From contig NC_069004.1 in assembly GCF_001194135.2 (NCBI RefSeq), forward strand, positions 15,164,365 through 15,228,364: a DNA stretch of 64,000 bases. Reading direction: 5' to 3'. Each line of letters begins with the position of its first letter. Positions within the stretch are counted from its first letter, which is position 1. Shown piece by piece: positions 26,351-39,337 of the stretch. The position numbers and the translations under genes are program-made. The notes beneath the pieces are model-generated. The model had not been told where the DNA came from. It was given only the letters and a program-made list of their open reading frames with translations, and did no database searches. The stretch comes from Octopus bimaculoides (lineage: Eukaryota).

Positions 26351-28069
26351 ACATAAACATCCATCATTTAGATTAGTAGTATATTACTTGAGCAGATCTT
26401 TCTACAGATATTATAGCCCACACATACGTCTGTGTACATGTGTGTCATCACTGATATAATATATTCTATATTCATATACACAATTTACAACTGAGATCAG
26501 AGTGATGTATATTATTTGCTAATTTCTCTCTCTCTCACTCATTTTCCCTCTCTCCACACTAACATACATGAGATCACTATATTTATTCATACATTTATAC
26601 ACACACACACACATATGTGTATATGTGTGTGGATGTGTGTATTTGTATATATGTGCATATATTTGTATATAAGTATATATATCTGTGTGTGTGTGTGTGT
26701 GTGTGTAAACACATATTGCCCCTGAGTTTGAAACAGAACACTGGTAGAAAACTGAAATTGTGTAAAATGTTTACAGACAACAAGGATGATGATGATGATA
26801 ATGATGTTGATGATGGTGATGATAATAAAACTGTACAGAATAAAAAAAACAAAACGGTGAAGATGAGTGAGTGTGCGGCAGATTATGACATCATTTCAGC
26901 TGAAGTATAGCCACCATCAAGGTTGATACAATAAGAAGGAACACATTGTGGATATTGCAATCTCACAGTTTAAAACATACTATTCATTATAGGGAGATGG
27001 CAGTTAACTCTTCTGATTGTCATTTAATTTACATCATTGAAATTGTCAGTGAAAAATAGTTTTGTCGTTTCAGATCAATATAATCACTACCCAAAACAGA
27101 CACCACAAACACACATGCACACACACACATGCACATTCAGACACTCACATGCACTTGAATCAATGAAAGAGCTTCTTGGTAGCTGCTCACTATACTCAAT
27201 ATAAGAGCTAAATCTCCTTCTAGCATCTTTAGAATGGAGATCACATTTTTTTTCTTTTTTCTTTTAAGGATATCTTGCATCATAAATAAATACAGAATAA
27301 AGATCAACAATATAAAGAGGATGGCCACAATATATACACTGATCAAATAAGGGAATTCAATCCAAACTGACATGCTGGACCTCTTATATTTGCATATTCA
27401 GGGTGACGGGCCCCGTGAATTACTGCTAAACATTATATCAGCACCACTATGTTAAACAGCAATAAACCTTATACATACCTCACTCACACGCAATCATTAT
27501 CATTATTATTATGATATCTATGAGTTCCACGTTTCTGATTGAACAATTGGAAACATAAAACAGTTATGACTGAAGAAGCTTTGGCTTCTAATAAAACAGG
27601 CACGCTATTTTAAATTCTGAGCACTTGCCCCATTTGTAAATGCAAATAATCAATCAATCCAGATACATACATACATACATATATATATATATATATGTAT
27701 GTATGTATATATATTACACACAGACACACACTTATATACAAAATAGAATACAGTTAAATAAAACAAGTCCTTGAACTGGAATCCAGTCTTCTAGTCAGGA
27801 ACAAATATAATTTTTGATTTTGTTTTTGCAATACAGCCCATCTTGTCTTTTTTTTTTTAATTCTTTTTTCTGGGGGGTTAGGGCTTTCAGCTGCTTCCAG
27901 AAATAAGTTAAATGGTAGGAAAATTGAAGAAAGACTCTCTCAAAAATTCTTTATGAATGGTGAGTAGACTTTGGTGAGCAATGAGAGAATTGCTAGAAAT
28001 TATAAAGTAGTGAAAATGATTTTAGTAAAATGCAAGGAGGTGATGGTGGTGGTGGGTATTTTTTTAGCC

Positions 28070-28360
28070 TTATTCTAGAACTAAGGCACTGTTTAAGAAA
28101 ATGTTCATAGTGATTTCGGAATCAGTGTCATTACCTTTACTGCTGCCATCTGGTAGTTCCCGTCGTCCTGGCAACAGGAACACTATTGATGTGGCAATGA
28201 GTACATGCCAGATGCTGTGAACATATTTATAATTTGTTTCGGTCTCAAACAGTGTGAACAAAAGAAGGCCCACCAGAGCCAGTAGCACTCCGGGTAGTAA
28301 GCAGAAGACGTATCGACGCCACGTTGGGTAACAATGATGCCTCAATCGACATTGGTAACC
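28070..28360 (-). CDS. PGAP6: PGAP6/TMEM8 last coding exon: GYQCRLRHHCYPTWRRY...FETETNYKYVHSIWH...stop
   Basis: tttcAG acceptor; HSIWH motif; TAA at 28072-28070. An additional downstream exon cannot be excluded. Confidence 0.92.
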   Translation of the reverse strand, partial: GYQCRLRHHCYPTWRRYVFCLLPGVLLALVGLLLFTLFETETNYKYVHSIWHVLIATSIVFLLPGRRELPDGSSKGNDTDSEITMNIFLNSALVLE

Positions 28361-28739
28361 CTGAAATGAAGGAGATTGTAAACACTTTTAAAAATATGTA
28401 TGTATGCGTGTGTATGTATGTATGCATGCATGTGTGTGAGTGTATACACTAAATATACTAATATATATATGCATATGGATGAGGACAGCTGTGTGAAGAA
28501 GTGTCACACCCTAACAGTGAAGGGAACCTGTGGAAAAGGTAGACCCAGGAAGACATGGAATGAGGTAGTGAAGCACAACCTTCAAACATTGGGCCTCACA
28601 GAGGCAATGACAAGCAACCAAAACATTTAGAGATATGCTGTGCTTGAGAAGACCTGGCAAGCCAAGTGAGGTCATAGCCATGGCTGATGCCAGTGTCGCA
28701 TAACTGGCCTGTTTAAAAGCACCCTTCAATCATTGGGCA

Positions 28740-29070
28740 ATATGCTGTGCTTGTGTTAAACCAAGTGAAATCGTAGTTATGGCCGATGCCAGTGCCACCT
28801 GACTGGCACCTGTGCTGGTGGCATGTAATAAGCACTGTTCAAGCGTGGTTGATGCCAGTGGCACATAAAATGCACCATTCAAGCGTGACTAATGTCAGTG
28901 CCTTCTGACTGGCACCCGTGTCGGTAGCACACAAAAAGCACTATTCAAGCATGACCAATGCAAGTGCTGCCTGACTGGCACCTGCGCCAGTGGCACATAA
29001 AATGCACCATTCGAGCATGGCTGATGCCAGTGCTGCCTGACTGGCTCTCATGCCAGTGACACATAAAAGC
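28740..29070. repeat. About 5 tandem 65-70 bp units within a retroelement
   Basis: Repeated gccagtg..cctgactggcacc..tgg cacataaaa.gcaccattc.agc; also 2 units at 12121-12240. Confidence 0.7.
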
Positions 29071-29239
29071 ACCCACTATACTCACAGAGTGGTTAGCATT
29101 AGGAAGGACATCCAGCTGTAGAAACCTTGCCAAATCAGATTGGAGCCTGGTGTAGCCTCCTGGCTAGCCAGTTTGCAGTCAAACTGTTCAACCCATGCCA
29201 GCATGGAAAGCGGACGTTAAACGATGATGATGATGATAT

Positions 29240-29560
29240 ATACATCAGTCAGTCTACAGAGACTACAGGCCAAGACCAAGGTGGAAGAAGACTCAATGCA
29301 TGACTTCCTGTCTACAGATGACTGCACACTCAACGCTGCCACAGAGGGTCATATGCACCAGAGCATGAACAGCTTTCCCACTGTCTGCAACAACTTTGAC
29401 CTCACAATCGGTACTCAGAAGACAGAGGTCAGGTACCAACCTGCCCCACAAAAGCTGTTTGTGGAACCAACTATCATTGTTGAAGGGGAAACCCTGAAGG
29501 TCATTGATAAGTTCATGTACCCCGATAGCACACTCTCCAGATCTGTGAATATTACACTGA
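29240..29560 (+). mobile_element. RTE-BovB-like RT fragment
   Basis: DFLSTDDCTLNA...LTIGTQKTEVRYQPAP...VIDKFMYPDSTLSRSVNI. Confidence 0.75.
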
Positions 29561-29653
29561 TAATTCCTAATTAGAAGGCAGTAATCCTGAGCAGCAATAA
29601 TTGACAAAATACAGTTAAACAAGACACAAAACTGCTAAAAGCTATTTACTTAC

Positions 29654-29917
29654 CCAAGATAAGAAGACCATTCCTATACCAAGTACTAAGGGAACAACAT
29701 TTAAAAGTAAACTATGTTTGTCATAGTCAACAGCTAATGCCAAGAACAAGGCACCCATCACATCGAATATTGTCCGAAGTTTATCAGGCAGGCGAGCCAT
29801 GGCCATTAATGTTACCCATACTGCCATATAGCTACCAAGAAAGTCACTGAAGCTCAAAACATCATATTTCATCATACAATATTGGTACAAGTTGCTGGCA
29901 TCACATGCGTGGTACAC
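29654..29917 (-). CDS. PGAP6: PGAP6/TMEM8 exon: VYHACD...CMMKYDVLSFSDFLGSYMAVWVTLMAMA...FLSW
   Basis: ttccAG acceptor, TGG|GTaagt donor; YHACD and DF.GS motifs. Confidence 0.95.
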
Positions 29918-30016
29918 CTGGAATAAAAAGAAGAGTTACAACGTTAAACAGGAGTGTGAGTTCTTCTTTTACAGTTGAGATGAAGGTATAAATTTACCTA
30001 GATTAGAGAGGGTAGT

Positions 30017-30399
30017 TGTTGTTAGCACTCCATCACTTACGACGTCGAGGGTTCCAGTTGATCCAATCAACGGAACAGCCTGCTCGTGAAATTAACGTGC
30101 AAGTGGCTGAGCACTCCACAGACACATGTACCCTTAACGTAGTTCTCGGGGATATTCAGCCTGACACAGTGTGACAAGGCTGGCCGTTTGAATTACAGGC
30201 ACAACAGAAACAGGAAGTAAGAGTGAGAGAACGTTGTGGTGGAAGAGTACAGCAGGGTTTGCCACCATCCCCTGCCGGACCCTCGTGGAGCTGTAGGCGT
30301 TTTCACTCAATAAACACTCACAATGTCTGGTCTGGGAATCGAAACCGCGATCCTATGACCGCGAGTCCGCTGCCCTAACCACTGGGCCATTGCGCCTCC
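30017..30399 (-). mobile_element. tRNA-derived SINE, full length (family also at 3330-3590, 7290-7570, 18791-18975, 33170-33460, 53430-53750, 57770-57880)
   Basis: Head ggaggcgcaaTGGCCCAGTGG (A box) ... GGTTTCGATTCC (B box); about 12-bp TSD agagagg(g/a)tagt. Confidence 0.85.
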
Positions 30400-30769
30400 A
30401 CAGAGAGGATAGTAGTAGTAGGTAAATAAGTAAGTAAAATCCCTAGTTGGTGACTGCAGTGGGAGGCTGTCCTCTCAACCAATACGATGTTGTAGGTGCT
30501 GCTGGATGACAGACTTTGGTGATGATGTTATTCCACACTTTCCAATCCATAGAACAAACCAAATAATGTACCATGCTTATGGGTTCACAAAACAATGATT
30601 ATAAGAAAGCCGGAACTCATGAAATAACAGTGATCAATGCAATTACTGAAACTAAGATGATGATCTTACAAATACAAATTTATTTTTTACATTACATATC
30701 CTGTGGTCTGGTTGACCGTTGGGGCACCACTGATGACTTTGCAACCAGGATTGTTTTGGCCATCAAGGA

Positions 30770-30957
30770 GGTTATTACAAGTTCAAATATGCTTGGGGCA
30801 CATTCAAGCCCATAACAAAGCCATTCACTGTGTTTTGTCATGGAGAAAATTTCTCGCTGTTAGAAGAAAATGGAGTGTTTTCTCCATGACAAAACATAGT
30901 GAATGACTTTCTTACGGATTCAAATATGTCCCAAGCATATTTGAACTAGTAATAACC
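30770..30957. repeat. Foldback inverted repeat
   Basis: ggttattacaagttcaaatatgcttgg/ccaagcatatttgaactagtaataacc and cattcactgtgttttgtcatggagaaaa/ttttctccatgacaaaacatagtgaatg. Confidence 0.88.
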
Positions 30958-31708
30958 TTGTGTTTATTACACATCACTGCTTAGCGCTGCCACCCCAATG
31001 ATCTTACAACCTTTTTTTAATTTTTAAGTAGTAAAAATAATATTTTGAAAAATTTAAAAGAGCAGCAATGAAATTTTAAAAGATTAATGATTGTAGCAAA
31101 ATTTGAACTCAGAACAAATATCTTCACCTAACTATCAGCAATTCTGGTTTAACTCAGAACAAGAAAAAGATGTTTTTTTTGGTATTAATCAGTAGAAAAA
31201 GAGCAGCACCAAATTTTCCAAAATTTATCCAAAACTAGTGAGGAAAAAAGGAGGAAGATCTCAGTAGCCTCACACTGAAGGGAGATCTTATTTAAATATT
31301 TGTAACAGAGTGGATTCCACTAAGACACCTAAGAGTAGTAATGTGATGATGCTGAACCGTTATGATAAAAACCCATCCACAATGTCATTGATTCTATGGT
31401 ACAAACTTTGTTTTAAAGTGACGTATGATGATGATGGTGAATGATGATGACCTAAATTAAAACTGTTCATCAAACTTTCATGGTAATTTATGTTCCAAAT
31501 TCCAGACTAATAAAGACAAAATTTAATTTCAAAATTTACTTTCAAAATTAATTGAAACGAAGACAGTGTATTTCACTAGAAATACGATAACAAAACAGTT
31601 AAATTATGTGACAGATTAAGTCTAACACCCAAAACTGTTGAAATGAAATAATTTGTGATGTTGTGTAAAATAACAGAAACAAACTAAGAAGTAAAAGGTT
31701 ATACTTAC

Positions 31709-31887
31709 TGCTGAGAAGAACATTGTGAAGATATATACAACCCCTTCAAGGTAAAAGCGTCGGTAGAAAGCCAAGATGATAGCTGGGATGAAGAATCCAT
31801 TACTGAGGGTTAACAACATTACCGCCAACAGTTCCAAACTATCAGAGTTGGCATCAGTGTCATCAGTACATACATAACCTTTCCATC
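31709..31887 (-). CDS. PGAP6: PGAP6/TMEM8 exon: WKGYVCTDD...[36 protein letters not shown]
   Basis: tttcAG acceptor, GCA|GTaagt donor; start of the TMEM8 transmembrane domain. Confidence 0.95.
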
Positions 31888-32646
31888 CTGAAACAATAAC
31901 AAAATGGGGTACTTAAAAGAGGATGCATCCACTATCCACTAACTAGACTGTTCTATACAATGACAGTCGTAAGAGTAACAAAAATAACAACAAAATCTAA
32001 TGCTGGCACAGAGGCCACAAATTTGAGCAGAAGGATATAGGTGATTAGACTTGAACAGATACTTTCATCTGTGAACCGCAGACAAATAAAATCAAATTCG
32101 GCTTTCGCCAGATTTGAACTCAAGAAGCAAAAAGCAAACCAAATAGCACAAGGTGTTTGTTTGTCATTCAAAATTTGTGATACAGAATCCTACAAATTTA
32201 AATAGCGGGAATATATGGCCTCATGACTGGCATGAACTGATTAGATTTTGGGATCAATCCAGTACCAGACAAGGATTCTGGATTATTTTTCCTGTTTTTT
32301 TACTTAATTTTTGAGAGCAGTCGGGTTCATTTTTAGTATTCTCGTTTGTGAAAGCAGTCAAGTTTATTTCAGATATCCTCATTCTAAAAATCATCTCTGG
32401 CTAATCGTTCAGAGGACATTGGTGTTGCCTTGGCGGAGGTTTGTGCTCTCTGAGTGCTCTTGTTCATATTGTTTTGAATTAAACATGCATTTTCTCATAG
32501 GCTTGAGATTTCAATGATATGATTGTTTATTTTACAATGACATTGTAGGGTAGGTGTGAAAGGCAGGATCTGGCTAGTTTGAACATAAAACAGGGAAAAT
32601 ATATACTAAAGGGTTAAGCAATAACAGAAAAACAGACAGAACTTAC

Positions 32647-32792
32647 CAGCAAAACATCGACATGCACTAAATACAAATAATCCACTAATGTATTCAGCAC
32701 AGTGACCATAATGGCCACATTTTTCATTTAAACATCGAGATTGAATGATAGTGAAACGTGCAGTTGGAAATGTATGACATGGCTCCACAGTC
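32647..32792 (-). CDS. PGAP6: PGAP6/TMEM8 exon, EGF-like module: CLNEKCGHYGHC...SACRCFAG
   Basis: tttcAG acceptor, G|GTaagt donor; EGF-type Cys spacing completed by WKGYVC in the next exon. Confidence 0.92.
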
Positions 32793-33496
32793 CTGAAAGT
32801 AGAAGAATACAAGAGCTGATTCAGTAATAGCGAGTCAAAACATATTGATTTCAAATTTTGGCACAAGGTCAGTACTTTGCGGGAAGGGAATAAGTTGATT
32901 ATATCAACCATAGTGTTTAACTGGTATTTATTTTATCGACTCCAAAAGGATGAAAGGCAAAGTTGACTTCATCGGAATTTGAACTCAGAACAGAAGGATG
33001 GATGAAATGCTGCTAAGCATTTTGACCGGCGTGCAAATGATTTTGCCAGCTCGCTGCTTTAGCATTGAAAATATTTAGAATTTTGTTACACAATGTAGGG
33101 TGGATTGTATTTTAACTTTCTAGGGGCCAGATAACTGGCATTCCAACAGTTACGACAATAAAGGTTCCAGTTGAGCCAACCAATGGAACAGCCTGCTCAT
33201 GAAGTTAATGTGCAAGTGGCTGAGCACTCCACAGATACGAGTACACTTAATATAGTTCTCAAGGAGATTCAGCATGACACGGAATGTGACAAGGCCAGCC
33301 TTTTGAATAACAGGTACAACTCATGTTTGACAGCTGAGTGGACTGGAGCAACATGAAATAAAGTGTCTTGCTCAAGGACACAACATGCTGCTAGGAATCA
33401 AACTCACAACCTCTTGATTGTGAGCCAATTATCCTGACCACTAAACCATGAGCCTTCACAGAGGCCAGATATGGAAAGAGATACAATGTCTAAATA

Positions 33497-33750
33497 AGTG
33501 GCTCTCAATTGGGGTCTGTATGGCCCTTGGGGATCCATATAAGATTTTCTTGTTAAAATTAATGTGCAATAAATCACTTAAATTCCTTCTGCAATACACA
33601 AAATATTAAAATTTCTTTTACAAAATTCCTGATAATATTTAATTATAAAAATACAGTAAGATTCCATTTTTATATAATTTGAATAACTATGGAGGTCCAG
33701 TAGAATAAAATAGGAATCAGGGGTCCATAGGCAAAAAATGATTGAGAATC
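33497..33750. mobile_element. Older hAT-like non-autonomous element (related copies at about 5665-5950 inverted and 59512-59840)
   Basis: CAGTGG(T/C)TCTCAA-type termini and shared internal ggtccatataagatttt segments. Confidence 0.55.
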
Positions 33751-34566
33751 AATGGTCTGAAGCATCATCATCATCATCATCATCGTTTAACGTCTGCTTT
33801 CCATGCTATAGTTACCATGAGAAAAACTCTCATATTGGCTTTTGGTGCAAAATGCACTCTTGTGTATGTCACTAGCAGGAAGGTGAATCCTTGCCATCTC
33901 CATTGTGGAGACCACCAGATCATGTGATTTCGACCATAACTTGGATGCTCAACTGAAATTAAAATGCCTTTGATCATTGGGGCTAAACAAGTCCCTTCTT
34001 TGGGGAAAAAGAAATGCTGTACTTGACAATGTGATACAGACTATTAACATCATCATCATAATTTTACTCTAGCATCGGTTGACTGACAGTATCTCACCAC
34101 ATGGCATGGTCTTTTATCGTCTGACATACACAACAAAAGAGAACATTGACAATCCATGTTCTTGTGCATGTAAAATGGTTGGCAACAGGAAAGGCATCCA
34201 ACCATGGAAACTAATAAAAAAAAAAGAAATACAACAGCAGAATGGACTATGGGAATTTTACAGTGCCACCAGCACCAAAGAGGTTGTATGCTAGGACTAA
34301 AGAGTCCCCTGCCTGAATAAACAACAAATAATCATAGCTAGAAAAAACACCTTTGGTCATAGGTTTGCTTAATCAGGGCTAACCTAAGGTTAACAAATGA
34401 AACAAATCATTTACAAATAAAACGATATATCTAGATATATAAGTGCTCCAGAATGGTCCTGACCATAATGGCTAAAAGAAATTAAAGAACATAAAGGTAC
34501 AGAGCAATTTACAGATGAATTCCATGACTCCTCTTCATTTTCAGCACAAATTGATTAAGTACTTAC

Positions 34567-34778
34567 TGATTTCTCTCTATGGAGTAGCACCGACTTATTA
34601 AAGCTACATAATAGTCCCCAAACTCTGGATATGGTATATGAATTCTTTGATGATGATGTTGATCGTCTGCAGACTCAATAGAAAGCAGTGCACCATTGGA
34701 ACAATTCTCTAAATTGTGAACATCAGGGAAACCATCTTTGACAATGCACATATAGATGGTAGCAGTCTGGTTCTCTGA
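34567..34778 (-). CDS. PGAP6: PGAP6/TMEM8 exon: SENQTATIYMC...IHIPYPEFGDYYVALISRC
   Basis: ttacAG acceptor, CA|GTaagt donor; IPYPE.G.YY motif. Confidence 0.9.
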
Positions 34779-35288
34779 CTGTAACAAGAAACATAAGTTT
34801 ACATTAACAAATTTCTGAGATATATTCCATTTAAGAGAAATGACAAATGTTTGGGGCCTGAGAATAACAACAAAATCTGACAATGTAACCCTTAGGACTT
34901 CAATATCAATGTGCAATGTTATACTGCAAAGGGACAATGCTCAATCACATAAAATGTCTGAAAAGACTCAGAATTCTTTGACAACATGAGAATAATGATT
35001 TCTTTCACGGACACAAGGCCAAATATTGTATGGGGAGAGAACAGTCAATTACATCAACCCCACTACTTATTCAGTGTTTTATTTAACTGACTCCAGAAGG
35101 ATTGAAAAGTAAAGTTGACCTCAGCAGGATTTGAACTCAGAACGTAAAAATTATTCTATCAAATGTAAGGTTTGTTCATTTATATTATTTTGAATTAATC
35201 ATGCATTATCTTGTAGTTGATGTGGTTGCTTAGACTTCAAGAACACAACACACGGTCAGGAATCGATCATGTGCTGAATACCCTAACC

Positions 35289-35567
35289 CAGGGGCTTTCA
35301 AACTGTGGTCCGCAAGGACAAGATAGGGGGTCCGTGGACAGCAAATACTTTTTCTGGGCAATTTGATTTTATATATGTTTTTTAATCGAAATCTTTTAAT
35401 TGACAATAAACGTATTTGTTAAATACTGTTAAATAAACAAATGTAAAAATATATGTTATTTTAAGCAAATATTTATGTATAAATTTCATAAGCGTTTATA
35501 AGGGGGTCCCTAAGGTAAAGCTTGAAATATAAAGGGGTCTGCAAGTCAAAAAGTTTGAAAACCCCTG
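35289..35567. mobile_element. hAT-type MITE with exact 8-bp TSD
   Basis: TIR caggggctttcaaact / agtttgaaaacccctg; ccctaacc at 35281-88 and 35568-75. Confidence 0.88.
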
Positions 35568-36736
35568 CCCTAACCCACATGTCTCTACTTAGTAATTTAA
35601 AATAAGGTATTTCTATATTATTATTGTCTACCAGGACTTGACATCTCTGATATTTTCGGGTTCATGTCATTGAAGAAAATAAAGATACTAATGACATTTA
35701 AGTAATTGTTTCACTTCATCCAGTTAAATTGTAAATTTTTCATAGATTTTCATCCTCCACAGGAGGCAGTGAACTGGTAGAATTGGTGGATTAGCATTAG
35801 CTCTAACATTTTATATCCAGAGTTAAAGCATCATAGTAACTCTAACTCTTTACTCCACAATACTTTATTTTCAACCAAAAATAAACATATGGGCGTAGGA
35901 GTGGCTGTGTGGTAAGTAGCTTGCTTACGAACCACATGGCTCCGGGTTCAGTCCCACTATGTGGCACCTTGGGCAAGTGTCTTCTACTATAGCATCGGGC
36001 CAACCAAAGCCTTGTGAGTGGATTTGGTATACGGAAACTGAAAGAAGCCCGTCGTATATAAGTTTGTGTCTGTGTATATGCTTGTGTGTCTGTGTTTGTC
36101 CCCACCAACATCACTTGACAACTGATGCTGGTGTGTTTACGTCCCCGTAACCTAGCGGTTCGGCAAAGGAGACCGATAGAATAATACTAGGCTTACAAAG
36201 AATAAGTCCTGGGGTCAATTTGCTTGACTAAAGGCAGTGCTCTAGCATGGCCACAGTCAAATGACTGAAACAAGTAAAAGAGTAAAGAGTATTCAAAATC
36301 GTGAGCATAATACATTTTAAGGCCATTTTCCCTAAAGTAAGCCATTAACCATTGCAAACTCCATAACAGTTTTCTCCACTTTGAATCATATTTATCATGG
36401 CTCCCTTTTTGGGGCAGTGTTTTACAACCAATCAACAACTCTTTTACCTGCCTCATATGACACACAAAGACACTACTGGGCACCTATTCTAGGACAGGGG
36501 AAAACTTAGTAACCTGAATACAAATGTAATAGTGGTTTCAAATTTTGGCACAAGGCCAGTAATTTCGAGAAGAAGGTAAGTCGATTACAACAACCCCAGT
36601 ACTTAACTGGTACTTATTTTATCGACCTCAAAAGGACGAAAGGCAAAGTCGACCTTGGTGGAATAATATTAAAAAAGTATACTAAATTACATCACACAGG
36701 AGGGAAAAAGAAAATAAAAAATTTTTAGAAACTCAC

Positions 36737-37047
36737 AAGTTTTTGTTTATCAAAATGCAACGTTATACCAATGGTACCTCCGGAATTGGATAGAAAACGG
36801 ACATTGAAACCAGTTATCAGACTGTGAGTGTCAGGAACAACTAAAGTGTTGTTCCTCTTTGGCATGAGAAATTCATTGGGAAAGACATAAATACTGTTGA
36901 AGTTCTCACTGGCACTACTGAACTGTCCCAACATAGGAAGTATAATACACTTGGACTGAAATTCTGAGGCCACCTGGCTTTTGTTAGCTGCCATTGATTC
37001 ATCTGTGGAATTCTCCATGAAGATATGTGATGACTTTGCTTCACATT
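36737..37047 (-). CDS. PGAP6: PGAP6/TMEM8 exon: CEAKSSHIF...SNSGGTIGITLHFDKQKL
   Basis: tttcAG acceptor, CTT|GTgagt donor; SGGT motif; phases consistent. Confidence 0.88.
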
Positions 37048-37312
37048 CTGAAACAGTAAGACAACAGAGTTGTTAGTAGTAGCAGCAGCAGCAATAAGGA
37101 GTCTTGTACATTTGTCACAAGGTTGTACTTGAATAAAGAGAAGGTTAAGGCAGAATATCAACAATCCAATGAGAAATACTTATGTGGTGAGGAAAAAGCA
37201 ATGCTGGTTTCAAATTTTGGCACAAGGCCAGCAATTTTGGGGAGAGACTGGATGATAACATCAACCCCAGTATGTGACTGGTACTTATTTTATCAACCCT
37301 GAAAGGATGAAA

Positions 37313-37617
37313 GGAGGCGCAATGGCCCACTGGTTAGGGCAGCGGACTCGCGGTCGGAGGATCGCGGTTTCGATTCCCAGACCGGGGTTTGTGAGTGTTT
37401 ATTGAGCGAAAACACCTAAGCTCCATGAGGCTCTGGCAGGGGGTGGTGGCGACCCCTGTTGTACTCTTTCGCCCCAACTTTCTCTCACTCTTTCTTCCTG
37501 TTTCTTGAGTAACGCTGCGATGGACTGGCGTCCCGTCCAGCAGCTGGGGGGGAACACATACGCCATAGAAACCGGGAAACTGGGCCCATGAGCCTGGCTA
37601 GGCTTTGAAAGGGCGAC
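37313..37617 (+). mobile_element. tRNA-derived SINE nested in another SINE
   Basis: A and B boxes; TSD gaaaggatgaaag / gaaaggatggaag; splits a second-family SINE (37205-37312 + 37618-37730). Confidence 0.85.
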
Positions 37618-38264
37618 GAAAGGATGGAAGGCAAAGTCAACCTTGACAGATTTTGAACTCAGAACATAAAGACAGACAAAATGTCACTAAGCATTTTGCC
37701 TGGTGTGCAAATGCTTCTGCCATCTTGGTGTCTTATGAAAAGGCAATATTAATGAATGACTAATATTTTAATTTCAGGAAATATGGATGAGAAACAATGC
37801 ATGGCATGTTTCAGTATTATTAAGCTTCCTCAACAAAACAGATTTCACTGTTCTTACTTAAGTAATGACAAAAGAATTACTAAGTAGATGTTTGACAATA
37901 TTGCACAGGAGCGGATAGGGAAACTCTGTTAGAGTGACCTGATCCCTGAATAAATTACTGGTATCTTTCTCATTTCCCCCCCGAGACTGAGGGAAAATAA
38001 AAATCAACCTCAACTCAATTTGAATTTTGGGAACGTAGCAGGAGTATAGCTAAATGTCGTATTCAGTAATTAGTTACGTCCACAAAACACTTTCTGAAAC
38101 TGCAACATCTTAATGGATGATACTGATGACAGTGATGATGTTGGTGATGTTGGTGATGAGGTGGAGGAGAACATAGGCTGAGAACTAAAAAATTTAGCAG
38201 CGGAAGAAAGAGGACCATCAATAAAAAAACAATCAAGTGATCATCATCATCATCATCATCATCA

Positions 38265-38530
38265 TCATCGTTTAACGTCCGCTTTCCATGCTAGCACGGG
38301 TTGGACGATTTGACTGAGGACTGGTGAAACCAGATGGCTACACCAGGCTCCAATCTGATTTGGCAGAGTTTCTACAGCTGGATGCCCTTCTTAACGCCAA
38401 CCACTCAGAGAGTGTAGTGGGTGCTTTTACGTGCCACCAGCACGAAGGCCAGTCAGGCGGTACTGGCAACGGCCACACGCTCAAAATGGTATATTTTACG
38501 TGCCACCTGCACGGGAGCCAGTCCAGCAGC
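38265..38530 (-). mobile_element. RTE-related non-autonomous retroelement with (GAT)n tail (copies at about 6980, 12121, 13220, 28700, 47400, 50751, 53900, 60630, 63680)
   Basis: Shared gaagggcatccagctgtagaaa core and catcatcatcgtttaacgtccgctttccatg end; copies at 38265, 50751 and 53900 are near identical. Confidence 0.75.
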
Positions 38531-38838
38531 ACTGGCAACTACTATTTACTATTTAGTACACACCTTCACCACACAGACACTCACAGTATCACCTCCTCCA
38601 TTACTGAGATCTTCTATAACAATTTGCACCACTACATTGACATTGCAGTACCACTTCAGACTGCTACATTGCCACTCCCAAAACACTCCGTGCTACTAGG
38701 CTAACATAATATACCATACCTCTCCTCAGACATTCATATATCACTACATTGACACTGCTGCAACACTTCATACCACTATGCTGACACTGACACAACACAT
38801 CATATACCTACGTTAACGGTACCCCAACAGTAACTTAC

Positions 38839-39122
38839 CTTCAGTGGTTACCTGCCATGTGACAGTGACAGGTGCTGTACTGTTGATATCACGGAGATAG
38901 AAGGCAACAAAGTTTAACCCTGAGCTATTGGGTGACACAACTCGAAGGTGACAGTTCTCCGTAGAATTTGTACAGTTGATGAGAAACTCATCGACATCAA
39001 AAGGTGGCATGTTACCGTTGCCGATGGATACATAGATAGGACATCCTCCAGTGTCCACCGAGTCAACGGTACAGTTGAGTACAGAAAAATAGTACAGGTA
39101 GCTCAGAGGAGGGAGGACAATT
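38839..39122 (-). CDS. PGAP6: PGAP6/TMEM8 exon: IVLPPLSYLYYFSVLNC...NCHLRVVSP...WQVTTE
   Basis: ttccAG acceptor, G|GTaagt donor; open frame extends ORF 38813..39058 upstream. Confidence 0.88.
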
Positions 39123-39337
39123 CTGGAATGAAAAGATTGAACAAATGATAAGAGAAAAGAAAGACTAACTATATAAACATGGTACAGACATACACATATT
39201 CGGGGTGTGAGGTAAATTTAGTGTTGTGCTACAGATGTAGTGAAAGATCCTTTGTTAATTTGAACTCAGAACATTGTAATACAATACCATTTCTCTTCTA
39301 TTTATATATTTAGAACAAATAAGGGATATACATGCAT

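Noticed and set aside
28070-31887. Myomaker (TMEM8C) call
   Set aside because: The large ectodomain and EGF-like exons splice in frame upstream, and myomaker lacks these.
33742-33927. Poly-His ORF
   Set aside because: It is the (CAT)n tail of the RTE-related repeat.
37313-37390. tRNA gene
   Set aside because: It has A/B boxes but continues into a SINE body with a TSD, occurs in multiple copies, and lacks a complete cloverleaf.
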